Source: Schmidtea polychroa
Lineage: Eukaryota
Assembly: GCA_044892525.1 (NCBI GenBank)
Contig: CM097885.1
Span: forward strand, 44,518,001-44,582,000
Reading direction: 5' to 3'
DNA: 64,000 bases
A program made the translations under genes and the position numbers. How positions within the stretch are numbered: the first letter of the stretch is position 1; every line of letters starts with the position of its first letter. Below the pieces are notes generated by a model. That model did not search any database. It had not been told where the DNA came from and saw only the letters and a program-made list of their open reading frames with translations. This document shows positions 1 through 13,529 of the stretch, piece by piece.

Positions 1-1083
1 AATATCTGATTTAAAAATTTTATCAAAAAAAATTTGATATTCATTGAAAACGTGTTATAAAGAGTGTTGTTTTCATTTGCTATTGTCAATAAAAAGTATT
101 CTCAAAATTCCTTATTCCATTTGCGTTTTTTGACTTTTTTCAAGATGCAAAAAATGTGGGAGACCTCGCAAAACAGACGAACACATGGATCGAACTTTCG
201 TGACTGCCAAAACCATTCAAGATAACTTGAACGTCCATCACTTGAGCAACCAAACTATTCGAAATAGACTAATGAGCGTTGGACTTCATACACGCAACCA
301 TGCTAAAAAGGCATATGTTTCTGCTAAGAATCGTTCGGAAAGAATCGCCTTTTCCAAAATGCACATTGGCTGGACTACACAGCAAAGGTCTACTGTACTC
401 TGGTCTGATGAATCAAAGTTCAACCTTTTTGATTTCGATGGTCGATGTAAAGTTTGGCACCCAAAAAGAGAAAAATACAATCCTCTGTAACAAAACCAAC
501 TGTCAAGCATGAAGCTTTCTCTAGATCTGGAACGGGTCCACTAACACAGATCACCGGCATCATGGACAGATTTTTGTATCGCGACATCCTTGAAAAGCCA
601 ATGTTTCCATATCCTATGGTAAGAATGCTTCAGAAGCCTTGGAGCTAAACATTTCGTGAACGGGAATCAGTTGTATGAGAAACTTCAGGAAATTTGGTCT
701 GAGATTCATGCTTGCATTTGTGAGCACCTTGTGGACTCAATGCCACGTCGTTATCAGGTAGTTTTGAATGCTGGTGGATATCCTGCAAAATATTAATTAT
801 TATCTTGGTGTAAACTCTTGTTGAGATTGTCATTCACTCAGTATTTATTCATTACAACAGAAAATAAAAAATGCTTCCATACTTATTTGATTCAAATTCG
901 TAATTTTTTAAACAAATTACGAAAAGGGTGTCGAAATTTCCTTCCATTGTTGCACTAATTGTACCTTCAGAAAGCCCACATAAAACTGTACCAAGAAGCA
1001 CAAACAGTTAAATTCGCAGAATAAAATGATAAAAAAGAAACAATTTTATATCTCATGTTTCCATACTTTTTTTGCTCAGTGTA
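1..1083 (+). mobile_element. Tc1-like DNA transposon, degenerate transposase and right TIR; left end lies outside the window
   Basis: ORFs 185-490 and 454-648 carry Tc1 motifs (TIRNRL, VLWSDESKFNLF, PTVKH, GIMD..LY.DILE) with frameshifts; ends ...ttttgctcagtg|ta. Confidence 0.85.
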
Positions 1084-1269
1084 TAATAATTACTATTATT
1101 AATATTATTTTGCAAATACTATTTGGACAAAAATTACAATTTTAATTAAGAAAAATTAATTAAAATCTAGGAAATAGTATTTCAAGTCAACCTTTTCAAA
1201 CAAATTGAAGATTATTCAAGCATTTAAAATAATATGTGTAATAATTAATTTCAAAAAATAAATAAATAC

Positions 1270-1458
1270 CTGTGTTGATGAAATAGTTGGCAACTCAAAC
1301 GCTTGCTGTAACGATGATTTAATTTGAGAATTCGATTGAGGTCGTCTTTTTAGTCTTTTGTGTTTAAACCCATCAGGGTTGAAGGTGTCAATTATGTCAG
1401 CGGGAAGCTTGATATCGCCTGATTGATTATGTAACTTATTTGCTTTGAATGAATTATT
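1270..1458 (-). CDS. Probable internal exon of an unidentified host gene (63 aa, NNSFKANKLH...PTISSTQ)
   Basis: 189-nt stop-free frame on the minus strand between ttttctatag (acceptor) and gtattt (donor); GC higher than flanks. Confidence 0.55.
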
Positions 1459-1563
1459 CTATAGAAAAATTATCATCAAATATCAATTTTAGGAAGACTA
1501 GTTAATGTTTTAAAAGATATTTTGAAAATAAAAAAAATTATTATTTTTAAAATCATTAATAGA

Positions 1564-2640
1564 TAGTAGGTAGATATTGACCCTATGCAGCAGTGACCAT
1601 CTGCAGTAACTATCCTCACCTACTACAGATATCTAATGGATTTTCAGAGAGGTTTTTTGGCTAAAGATTTTACAGGTCAAAACGAACTAGATTTAGTCTC
1701 GTTAAAAAGCCTAAATATCTTTCACGTTAAAAAATCCTAAAATAAATTCTTGTTAAAAATTAATGGTAAAATATTTTGAATATTTGATGTCGTCTGAGAA
1801 ATCAGGGTAATATTTTAAAAAATAAGTAAATTAAAGAAATAACTTAAAATTTATGGTAACATATTTTGAAGAATCGATGTCTTCTTAAAAAATAAAGTAG
1901 TAATTGTTATATAAGTAATAATTTTCAAATAACTAAAGTAATAAATTAAAATTAAATTAAAGTCATTTAGAGTAATAACTTAAAATTAATGTAAGATATT
2001 TTTTAAAAATCAACGACGTTTGAGAAATTTCAAAAAGTAATGAAATTTTTAATGCAAAGTTTATAAAATAATTTTTAAACGTAATTTTTAAAGCAAATTT
2101 GAATGAAATAAAGTTTTGTGAATAATAATAATAATAAATTCATTTGAAAAAAAAATGGTGAAATACTTAAATTAAATTAATTTGTTAGATTTAGAATTTA
2201 TTTGATAGTACTTTGAATAAACTTTCAGATCATTAATTGATAACACATTAAATTAATTAAATGAAGTTGTTATTTTTGAAATAAAATTATAGTAAAAAAT
2301 GATTACTTATATAAAAATTACTACTGTAATTAACTTTAATTTTTAAGAAGACATCGATTCTTCAAAATATGTTACCATAAGTTCTTGTAAAAAAAATCCT
2401 GGGATCAAAAAATACTTTGACTTTTCAACGAGGGCCTAAATCTTGTACAAAAAAGCCTCAGAGACATAAAAATAATTAATTTATTTTAGGCTTTTCTAAC
2501 GTAAAAAGAGACTAAATCTAGTTCATTTTGACATGTAACATTTTTAGTCAAAATACTGAAATACTCATTACCAATATGCAGCAGGGGAGGGGGTTTACTG
2601 CAGATGGTCACTACTGCAGAGGGATAATATCTACCTACTA
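1564..2640. mobile_element. Non-autonomous foldback/MITE-like element with long imperfect TIRs
   Basis: tagtaggtagatatt...gtgaccatctgcagtaa is inverted as ttactgcagatggtcac...aatatctacctacta; internal inverted blocks ~1851-1890 vs ~2341-2380. Confidence 0.8.
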
Positions 2641-3199
2641 CAGAGTTATTGTACAGATGTGTCTAAAATAGAGAATATATCAAATTTAAATGTAGCAGCT
2701 GGGCATATTTCACTCGTAAAACAAATTAATACCAAAATAAATACGAATTTTAGTAATTGGAAAAATAGTTTTGACTTATCACCAAGGTGATGAAATAATA
2801 TTAGTTCGTCAATTTTATTTAAAAGAAATTTTTTTTAAATTTTGGATTATGCATTTGTTTGAATTGAATCAAATCTTCAATTAAAAATCTTCATCCACAT
2901 CTGTTGCAGTTTTTAATAAAATAGTTAAAATAATTATTTAAAATTAAATTTTATACAAATAACTTGATCAGGATATGTACTTACTATAGTGATCAATGAT
3001 TTAGTATATATATTTCTTTATATATTAATCAGTAAAATCGTTTAATTTTTTCACATTTTATTTACTTTTGTTTTCTTTAACACGTTGACTGCTACGCCAG
3101 TTAAATACAATTCGCATAGACAATGTGGGTTACATATAATTGTGAGGCAGATTTGGGTTTGAAGCATAAAAACGAAAAGTTAATTCATTTAGGAAGGAG

Positions 3200-6030
3200 C
3201 TAGTAAATTGCCAAATAAACTCGCACGAGGTGCTTATGCAGGTTGACACGGGTGCAGATATGTCCATAATATCGTCCAGGATGTGGGAGAATATAAGTAA
3301 ACCTCAGTTAACCCACTCGCTAGTTAGATTATCAGCATACGATGATGTGCAGAAGTCAGTTTCTTGCTGATGTAGAAACTAAAACCAAGCGTCAGGTCAT
3401 AACATTAACTGTTATTGAATCAGATAAAACATATAGTCTTTTAGGCAGAAATCTTTTAGAAGCAGAAACCAGCAGTCACAATGTCACGATGAAGAGTCCA
3501 TTTCTTCCCACAATCAAAGGAATTCAAGCCACAATGATACCAATAAAAGAGTCCAGGAATGTATTCTGTAAAGCAAGAACCGTACCGATAGCAATAGAAA
3601 CAAGAATCAACGAGGAATTATCACGTCTTGAGGAAATGGGAGTCATATCACAATGCAAAGATCCAGTAATGAATTGTTCTCCCGTTGTATGGATAAAAAA
3701 ATAGAATGGATATTTAAGGATGTGTGTGGATTTCAAAGTTCATATAAACAAGAAAATCAAGACGGAATCATATCCACTACCCAAGATAGAAATTATATTC
3801 ACACGCATGAAAAATGCAAAACGTTTTGCCAAAGTAGACCTGAAATCGGCCTATTAGCAAATCGAGCTTGATAAAGAGGCACGACAACTATCAGTTATTA
3901 ATACATCAAAAGGCTTATACTATGTAAATCGCCTGCAGATAAGCATGAAAAATGCTTCGGCGATATTTCAAAGAACCATGGAGGAAATTTTATCAGACAT
4001 AAAAGGTATTCTTATATACCAAGATGACGTTTTCGTTTTTGGAGAGAATGTTTCGTTAAAAAAACGGTTAGAGGCCGTCAAGCAACGCCTAAAAGAAAAG
4101 AAAATCACCGTAAACAAAGAAAAGTCAATTGAATACGTCGATGAAATTACGTTTTTAGGGTTCAATATATCTAGTCGAGGTATTCAGCCGGATAATAAGT
4201 TAGTAAGAAAATTACAAGACATCATTGTTCTTACGAATAGGAAAGAAGTAGAAAGCTTCATCGGACTAACAAATTATTTTGGTAGACTCATTCCCAAATA
4301 CTCGGACAAAATTGCATCTTTGAACAGCCTGAGAAAGATAGATAGTACTTTTGTTTGGACGGAGAAATGTCAGGTAAGTTTCGACCAACTAAAGAAGGAA
4401 TTATCCGATCATCCGGTATTGAAACCGAAAAAGAAGTGGCTCGGACGACAGACGCATCCTTGAACGCCGTCGAAGCAGTTCTAACTCAAGAAGGTTACCC
4501 AGTGATTTATATTTCCCGAACTCTGAGCCAAGGAGAACGTAATTATTCAAACATAGAAAGAGAAGCCTTAGCTGTTGTATGGTCTGTAACCAGGTTGAGT
4601 CATTTCCTTCTAAGAAGAAAATTCTTAATTCAGACCGATCATTGTCCGTTGAAATATTTATTTGGAAGTTACAGGGCAATCCCACTGCACGAGTAACAAA
4701 ATGGGCAATACAACTGATGAAATACGAATCTGATATAACATATATTCCGGGAGCACAGATCCCACACGCGGATGCCATGTCAAGACTTAAATTCAAAGAT
4801 GCAGGCAAGGAAAATGTTGATTTCGACACAATGAATGCGCCACAAATTTATAACGTCACATTTTGTAATGTTTTAGATCCAAAAGAAATTATAAATGAAC
4901 TTGAGATTGATGAGCGGTTGAAAGAAATTATGCAACGCGTGATAAGTGGAAGATGGTCCAAATGCAGTCAATTTGAAGCACAATTTAAAAAAAAAGTTAT
5001 AAAAGTCTCACAATCGAAAACAACATGCTGTATAATGCTGTATAAGTGTTCATTCCCGAGGGACTTGGTGAAAAAGCTTTTAATATTATCCACAAGGAAA
5101 CACACAATGGAGTCCAAACTTCTTGCAGAATGATGAGCTCGGTGGCATGGTGGCCAGGTATGACAAACAATATTGAGAAATTTGTAAAAAATTGTTCAAT
5201 GTGCTCGAAAATCCGACCAAATCCAATCAAAACAGTTCATCGATGGCCCGATGCTAAGCTGTTCGAACGAGTACATCTTGACTGGGCATACGCCAAGGAG
5301 GTTGGCAACATTCTAATTATAGTTGACTCGGGTTCGGGTTGGATCGAAGCCTTTAGAACGAAAGAGAGAACCACATCCGGCATTATCAAATGTCTGATAA
5401 CAGTGTTTACGCGCTTCGGTATCCCTGGATGTGTCGTAACGGATAACACATTGATAAACGAATTGATGTCTTGGTTAGAGAACCAAGGAGCCCATAAAAT
5501 GGAATCTTCGACATACATCCCAATGGCAAATGGCAGAGCTGAACGAGCAGTTCAAACCATCAATAGGGGTATAAAATGTTGGAAGGTAAGTCAATGTCAT
5601 ACTGAATTTGACGAGATATCTGATGATTTTGAAGGTAAGTCTCCATCAGATTTTTGGGAGGCTAATACGCAGACCGATAATACCTCCATTCCAACAAGGC
5701 GAAGTTGTATACTACAAATCTGGCTTAACTAATGACACCTCATGTCAGATATTTCTCATGCCAAAGGGTAGAAATACATCATGGGTCATCTCAGAAGATA
5801 ACTACAACCCGATCATGAAATTAGCAAGTAGCAAACAACTATCTCCAAAGGGGCTAAGTGAAACAATGGAGAAGGAAATTCCGTTATCACTAGATGAAAC
5901 GCCAGGCATGAATGACGATCAGACAGAAGTTATACCCATTGCCTTTCAAAACGAGCTTCGAAAGATCAATCGAATTCGTAGACCTCCGCAAAGACTGGGA
6001 GAATGGGCTCTAGAGGAGGACATGAAATAA
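3200..6030 (+). mobile_element. Degenerate Ty3/gypsy pol (PR-RT-RNaseH-IN); gag and LTRs not clearly visible
   Basis: QVDTGAD protease near 3240, IYQDD RT, TDAS/NYSNIEREALA RNase H, HADAMSRL, HHCC/DDE integrase; several stops and frameshifts; PPT-like agaggagga near 6012. Confidence 0.9.
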
Positions 6031-6347
6031 TATTAAGAAATTAATATTATTTAAATTGTTTAAATAAACAGATGTTTTTAAAATATAGATTTTTGAATTA
6101 AAACGTATTAATCAATTCACTTCAAGAAGAAAAATTAAAAAAACAAAATCTTAAGTCGAAATAATTTTAAAATTTAATAGAATTTTTAAATTATCTAATT
6201 ATTTATATAGAAAATATTTTTAATTTAATAAATGTTAATAATTTTATTATATGCTGTATGAAATTTTTATTCTCGATGTCAAATAATTAGAAATTGTCTC
6301 AAATAAAAATATTGTTTTAATAATAATAATTAAAATGATTATTATTA

Positions 6348-7625
6348 TACACCTAATTCCGAAATTTAATAACTTCTATAATCTAAAAAAAAATCAATAA
6401 ATATATATTATAGGAACACACAAACTTACCTGTGTGTAGAAATTTATCATTCCGAAATTTAGTAACTTTATTATAGGTTTTATGAAGGTGAGAGAAAAAT
6501 AACTGAACACACCAACACAAAACACATAATGAAAAATGCATGCAAAATTCTTATATAGGTTTTTGTTCCGAATCAAATAACTGTTAACATATTGTTAACA
6601 TATTGTTAAAATATAGTTATTTTAAAATTATTAAAAAATGGAAGAAAATAATTTTAATTTAGATTCCGACAGCTCTACCTTGAGCTTTAGGGAAAAGGAA
6701 GAAAATACAATGTAAGTTTTATTCATTAAATTACAAAACATTAAAATATTTTATAGTATGTGTGAAGGCAGTATTTCAAATATTGAAGGTCCTTCGAGAT
6801 CTTTTGATTTACAGAAAGACATTCGCAAATCGTAAATTTAAATAAATTATTTTAATAAATTAATATTTTGATAGATATACAGAAAATGACAAAATACGGC
6901 TTATTAATGCCTTTGAAAATGGGGACAATTACCAAGAATTTGGAAGATTACTAGGAATGACCAAATCTTCAATTAAAGCAATAATTTATAAATATAAAAA
7001 ATATGGGGCAGTTAGCAAAGGGAAAAGAGGTGGCAGAAAACAAATTAGTAAAATCAAAGGCAGCATCAGAAAAGTAATATCAAGGACAAATGGATTCAGT
7101 TCAATGTCCTTCCCAAGCAGATTTGACATCGCCAAAGAAGCCATCGAAAATGAGCTGCAGAAAGAAGATTATAAAAATTTAAAAAACTATTTCGTTCATG
7201 TACGCCGATTTTTCCCTAAATGTCTTAAAAAAATAAATGTGTTTGGTGATTAATTTTATTTATTTATAAATATAAAAATATCTAACTTACATTTTAGCGA
7301 AATAATTCCATATTAATGCATAAAATATCATAAATTTCCTAAAAGAAACACCTGAAATTTAATTATTAATATATTATATTATAAATGATGACTAACAGTA
7401 ATATTTAAGAACTTGAATAATGATCTCATAATTATATAAGATCAAAATTCAAGTCTTAAAATATACTTGAAATTAAAAAAATTACCTGAAAACCATTTTT
7501 GTTGCTAATAAATTATAGAATAAATGAAATTGAGTAACTTCATTTTCACGTAAATGGTGACTCACTCAACTGGTGTGCACATCAACGTGAATTATAGAGG
7601 TTACTCAATTTCGGAATTGGGTGTA
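6348..7625. mobile_element. Non-autonomous Tc1/IS630-like element (TA TSD); a shorter copy lies at 46389-47316
   Basis: TIRs tacacctaattccgaaatt / aatttcggaattgggtgta; HTH remnant in ORF 6957-7253. Confidence 0.85.
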
Positions 7626-7632
7626 TTATAAC

Positions 7633-7929
7633 TAGTGGTGAGCTATGCATGTCCCGCGGGGGCTCGGCAGAACCCCTTGTTAACTTTTTAAAAATTTTGC
7701 GAGCCCCTTGTTGTTCTTTCAACTGTGATTTTGTGCTTCACTTCAAATTAAAATTTCTATTTTTTTGGTAGTAAACATTTTTAAAACAATTTTACCGCAT
7801 TTGTATATCAAAAAAAAATTTATATTTTACTAAAAAAGCAAATTCTGAAGAAAGCATTTTTTTTCTGGACGAAAAACACCTAAATTTTTTTTTGCGAGCC
7901 CTTTGTTGTTTTTTCACAGCTCACCACTG
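7633..7929. mobile_element. hAT-like MITE
   Basis: TIRs tagtggtgagct / agctcaccactg; internal repeats gcgagccc(c/t)ttgtt; TSD degenerate. Confidence 0.55.
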
Positions 7930-8032
7930 ATTGACACATCGGATTAAACAAATTTTGATATGACTGACGAATTGAATATTATTATTATGTGCTCGTATCA
8001 ATACAGTTATCGGACACTTGTATTCTCTAGAG

Positions 8033-8152
8033 CAGTGTTACTCAACCCAAAGAGTACTGCAGACCAAAAATCTATCTATTCTTTGTACGCGGACCAATTT
8101 AATTTTTTCACGGCCCAATATTTGATCGCGGACCAGCGGTTCAGAAACGCTG
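8033..8152. mobile_element. hAT (Charlie-type) MITE
   Basis: cagtgttactcaacc...ggttcagaaacgctg with 8-bp TSD ctctagag/atctagag. Confidence 0.75.
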
Positions 8153-8599
8153 ATCTAGAGAATTACGAAATGCCGAAACCCTCCTTATAAACCTTTCTAA
8201 ATACAATTTACATTTATAAATATTTCCTTTTGGTAATAATTATAAGATCAAAAAATGTTATTCTAAATTCAGTTATTTCAAAGCATGAAAACTTTATCAC
8301 TTTAAAATCTCACTCAATATTGACAAAAATGTTATTAGTTATTGATTAAATAATTAATGAAACTGTATGCTGACCGTTTCAAATTTTATTTTTTATCACT
8401 GCATTGTATTTATTCTTCTTTTTTAAAATGCAAACTATTAAACATAATGCAATTACTTTCTGGTCTCACTTATTGTATTTTATTAAAGTAAAAAAAATAA
8501 TATCACTAATATTTTTTGTCAGTTATGTGAAAAAAATATATAGGCTTCGAATAGTTAGATATTGGTCATGTGCACTTTGACAATCGAGTGTACCCCTCC

Positions 8600-9380
8600 A
8601 TACTGCTGTAGAGGGGTATTTTATTAAATAATGCTCAAGTCAAAATGAACTAAGGGCTAAATGGGTTTATGTGAATGTATATTAGGTTCCAGAAATTTTG
8701 TACTAGCTTTAAGCTCCTGTTAAAAAGTATTTTATTGTAAAGTATAGTGCATAAAATACCTACCCGCAATGCTTTATTTTACACCGAATGGTCATGCTGC
8801 CAATATATATTTACTATTTCATTTCAATAAAATATTTATATTTACGCTCCGATGGAAGGCGAAATTATACATAATGATTACTTATCTCAAAATATTTTTC
8901 GAATTTAAAACTTCAGTCAAACTTCTAATAAAGATCACGAAGTCTGCTGTATTATAAACATGGTTTTACCTTTCAAAATTTGCTATCCCAGTCTTACACA
9001 TATACATGGATATGTTTCCTATATTTAACCTTGGCGAAGATATCGAATACCCATTATGGGCTCTCATTGAGACACATAAGCCTGCCTCATCCACAAAGAC
9101 AAAATTATTATCGTCGATCTCTTCAAGAGAAGTGTTAAGAACCTAATGCTTTAATTATACCGCATTTCCTATTTTCAGGGAAATTCTCTAACGCTGATAG
9201 GATATATGTTCAGTTTAAAGTATATTGAAAATCATTCCGAACTCGGGAAATAGAAGATTTGTACATTACAATAATTTCTTCTGCCAACTTTCTTTGGATA
9301 ACCCTTAATGCTATACCGATATTTTCATCTAAAAGTTATTTTATCCTATTATTTTCGGTTCCCCTAACTTAACATTTCAA
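8600..9380 (-). pseudogene. Highly degenerate IS630/Tc1-family transposase
   Basis: Minus-strand FVFVDEAGL catalytic motif near 9080-9110; broken frames. Confidence 0.55.
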
Positions 9381-9699
9381 ATACACTTCTGCTATTTACA
9401 CGTGTATATATATACTTGAAAATTCACTTGAAAAAGGCAGTGCCGAAAATTCGTGAGTATCAGAAAACATCGATATATTACTGATTTATGTCTTAAAGCT
9501 CTCTTTTTAATAAATTCAATGGAAAAAATAATCAGTGGTGAAATTGGAAAAAATGTTTGTATAATATATATATAATTGAATGAAAAATTGACGAAAATAA
9601 ATGCAAAGCACTTTAATGTTTAACTTGAAGTGAATCGTAATTTTTTTAAATATTTAAATAATTAATTAAACATACATGGCAATGATTTAATTATAAGTT

Positions 9700-12350
9700 A
9701 ACGCCAATCAAACATTCTTTTCACGATATATTTCGACAGTTTTCCTGTCATCATCAGGTGGGATATAATAACTATGTAAATTAAGGATTTTAAAAAAATT
9801 TATTAATTATATAAAAACTTTTTTATTTAATAAAAACATTTAATTATTTTTAAAAATTATATTAATTATTTAATTTAACACAACAATCAATACATACAAT
9901 ATACAAAAAAAATTATTTAAAAACATTTAAAAAACAAGTATTCACTGCATTCTGCACATTAATGTTTGGTTTTCAATGACTTTATCAACAACGCCTCAGA
10001 AATCACACGGTCCCAATAATTATCGAAATTTTTTAATAAAATTTTAAAATCAGACATACCTATTTTAATCTTACAGCCCTTATTGTGCTCACTAATATGG
10101 GTCAAAGCCTTCGGTCTACAATGTTCTCGAGCTCGAATACAGAGATGACGGGAAGTCTCTCCAATGTATGTGGCCTTACACCCATTACATGTAAACTGAT
10201 AAACGAGATTGGAACACAATTCGACCGGAGCTTTTGACTTATTAATAAAAATATTGCATACTTTCATGAAGTTGACACTATCCTATAGTTTAAATTTCCT
10301 AACTGCTTTCTTATCTTCACTTTATAATCCTTAAAACCGTCTGAGTACGGTAATACTAACACAAATTTAGGGTCATCATCCTTGCTCACACTATTTAATT
10401 TATTTGACTCATCAGACTCACACACCTCAACAACATCACACCCAGATTTTCTCAAACATGGATCCTTAGGATTTTTAATAAATTTGTCAACAGTCTCTTT
10501 TACCATAATTAATTAAAAGGATTTTGAATAACCATTCTTCATTAACAATTCAACCAATATGTCAACACTTTCTACTGAATTTACAAAAGTAAAAGACAAA
10601 GACTATGAACGATAAATCAACCTCTTCACTATATTTCATTTATACTTGAATTCACAAAAACTTTCGGATGAAATATAGAGACCAGCATCAGTTGGTTTTC
10701 TATAAATCTTTGTCTCATAGAGTTTCTCTTTGCGTTGTATTAACAGATCCAAGAAAGCAAGTGATGACTTTTTCTCCGTTTCACATGCGAATACAATGTT
10801 TTTATGTAGACTATTCATATAATGCAAAAACGGATCAACATACCTCTGATTTTCAAATATAAGAAAAATATCATCCACATACCGTTTATAAACAGTGGGT
10901 TTCATACATTGAAAAGATGCAATTTTCTTTTCTAAGCTTGCCAAAAAAATTGAAGCCATCGTTGGTGCTAAAGAAGAACCCATAGCAACTCCATCAATTT
11001 GTTGATACCATTCATTATTGAAAAGAAAATTGATTTTTGAAGTAGCAAATACAAGAAGTTCACGAAATGCTCTTCCATCCAAAATATGATGTTCAGAAAT
11101 GTTTTCATTCCATAACAAGTAACATAATTCAATTGTTTCAACCAATGGTACATTAGTAAACAGACTAAAAACAAACATCAAACGAAACCATAATTTCATC
11201 CATACTTTGTCTATCATATTGTGCAATGCAGGAAACAAATTCAAAACTATCTTTACATTCAAATTCTGATAGTATTAATGGTTTCAATAATCCATCCAAA
11301 AATTTGACTATTTTATACTGGGCAGTGCCAATCATGGATAAAACAGGTCTCATAGGCACGCCATCTTTATGGATTTTTGGAAGCCCATACATTTTTGCTG
11401 GTTGTGACCCCGTTGGGCGAATAGATTTAAACAACTCTTCATCAATTTGCTTATTTTTAATTAATTTATTCAGTATCTCTTTTACCAAATTCTAATCTTT
11501 AAGAACAGGATGTATTCCATTTTTTCGAGAAATCTCTACTTTTACAAACTGAGGAGCATTCAAAACATCATTGAGCTTATTCACATATACATCATGGTCG
11601 AGAATTAGCAATCCATTTCCTTTGTCAAACTTGCATATATTGATGTCTTTTTTTAATACAGTAAAATCTTCAATATTCGGTTTTTTATTTTTATCAATAT
11701 ACTCCATCGTACTCAAACTCAACACACTCTTCACATAATTAGCATTAATATTTTTCATCGATCGAAGTATATGAAAGTATAAACTTTCAATCTTAGCACA
11801 TAATTTTGCTTCATCAATTCTTTTCAAAATGGAATGATTGGGACCAAATTTCAAAATACGATCCTCCTCTTCTGACAAAACAACTTTACTCATGTTTAAA
11901 GATGTATTCTCTACACTAAATTTAGAGATCCCAAATAATTTTCTCAAATTTTTTAATTTATTAATATGAGCATTCTCTTTTGATTTTAACTGAGAAATTG
12001 AATTTTTAATACACCATTCAACACAACAAACAAAACTCATTTGTTATTTGATTCAAAGTAAATCCAATATTTAATAGTTTTTTATCCAAGGATGTTCTCC
12101 TTATCTTCTCTGATTCCAACATTCTTCTTAGTGTTCTTTTATGTATTATTTGCACATCTTTACTTGAAAGACAATCACTAAGATTCATTTTAAAAATGAA
12201 AGAAGGAATCATCTTTTCTTCTAGACAAGTCTCAAGAAAACAAATGTCTAGTTCTTTTCTTCTAAGTACATTATAAATCTTCAATAATCTTTTGAATATT
12301 TTGAATATAACAGATACAGTAACTACTCTCTTATCTGCCATTTTCTGGAA
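9700..12350 (-). mobile_element. Penelope-like retroelement (RT + GIY-YIG), frameshifted
   Basis: KMYGLPKIHK, VSFDV, QIDGVAMGSSL, KRYVDDIF, FLDLLI, VYQFTCNGCKATYIGETSRHL across ORFs 12341 to 9959. Confidence 0.93.
9722..9760 (-). ncRNA. Minimal type I hammerhead ribozyme at the 3' end of the Penelope element
   Basis: Minus strand reads CAC CUGAUGA U GACAG-gaaaa-CUGUC GAAA UAUAUC GUG: intact core, 5-bp stem II, CAC/GUG stem I, palindromic short stem III. Confidence 0.85.
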
Positions 12351-13529
12351 TCCGCCAATTTATTTTTGCAAAAATGAATATACATAAGTGTAATAATATA
12401 TTTATTAATTATTTTTATTTATAATTTTTGCTATTTTTGTATTTGAATAAAATTTTATACAAACTTTAGTTTTATTTGGCTAATAAGATTAAACATGTTA
12501 ACAAAACATTTTGAGAAAAGGTTGTGCCAAAAATTTGGGTTGTGTTCAAAATATTATTAAAAAATAAACAATTTTCGGTCGCTGGTGAAAAAATAAATAT
12601 TTGGAAATTAAATATTACCATGACACTGCTGGAATATTTCAAATGAAAAATTTCGGCTAAATAAAACTAAACTATTTTACAATATTTTATAATTAAATAA
12701 ATCTTATGATTAAAAAAATTAATAAATGTGAACTAAGTCTTCAAACAAAATCTTCTAAAGCATTAAAATCTACAAATAAACTTCCATGAATGTTCTTGTG
12801 CAAATAACTAGTTCAATATTATTCATTTTTATTCAATTACAATTACAATGATTCTGAACAAATATTTATTAATACTGATCATTTTGTCATTGTAAATTGT
12901 TTTTTTTTGAAAAAGTTAAATCAAAATCTATAAAATTTAAAAATTGACATTTTAATAAATTTATAATTTATAAATTATTATTACGACCACATCGTTGATT
13001 TGAGATTTTAAATTCTTCTTTTTAATTGTTGAGGTTGTATTTTGGAGAGATTGGCAAGAATAAAATTTAAATGCACAACAAATTAAACAATTCAAAAGAT
13101 TCAAAAAAATTAGTTGGAGGGGGAAAATTAATTAAATATGTAAAAAATCTATATATTTCTCGGGGGATTATTAAATTTGCATTATAGCGTCTAACTTATT
13201 ATTAAAAGGGATTGATAGTGTTTGAATTGATTGGTGATGGATCAGATTTGTACACAGCTTGAGGAGGATCTTTTCACTGTCTACTTGTTGATCAGATTAT
13301 TGATCATATAGGTGAAAGTGTATTGACCGAAATTATGATTAATTGAGATACTGGACTATTTTTATTGCTGTATTGTCAATAAACTTATTGTATTGGGTCT
13401 TATTATTTTAATAAAAGACATGCGAAGTCAAAAATAATTATTTACATGCAAATTTTTCTGTAAATAAGAAAATTATCAAAATCCTCAATAAAATCATAAT
13501 TTTATTTATTATTACTATTTCTATTATTA

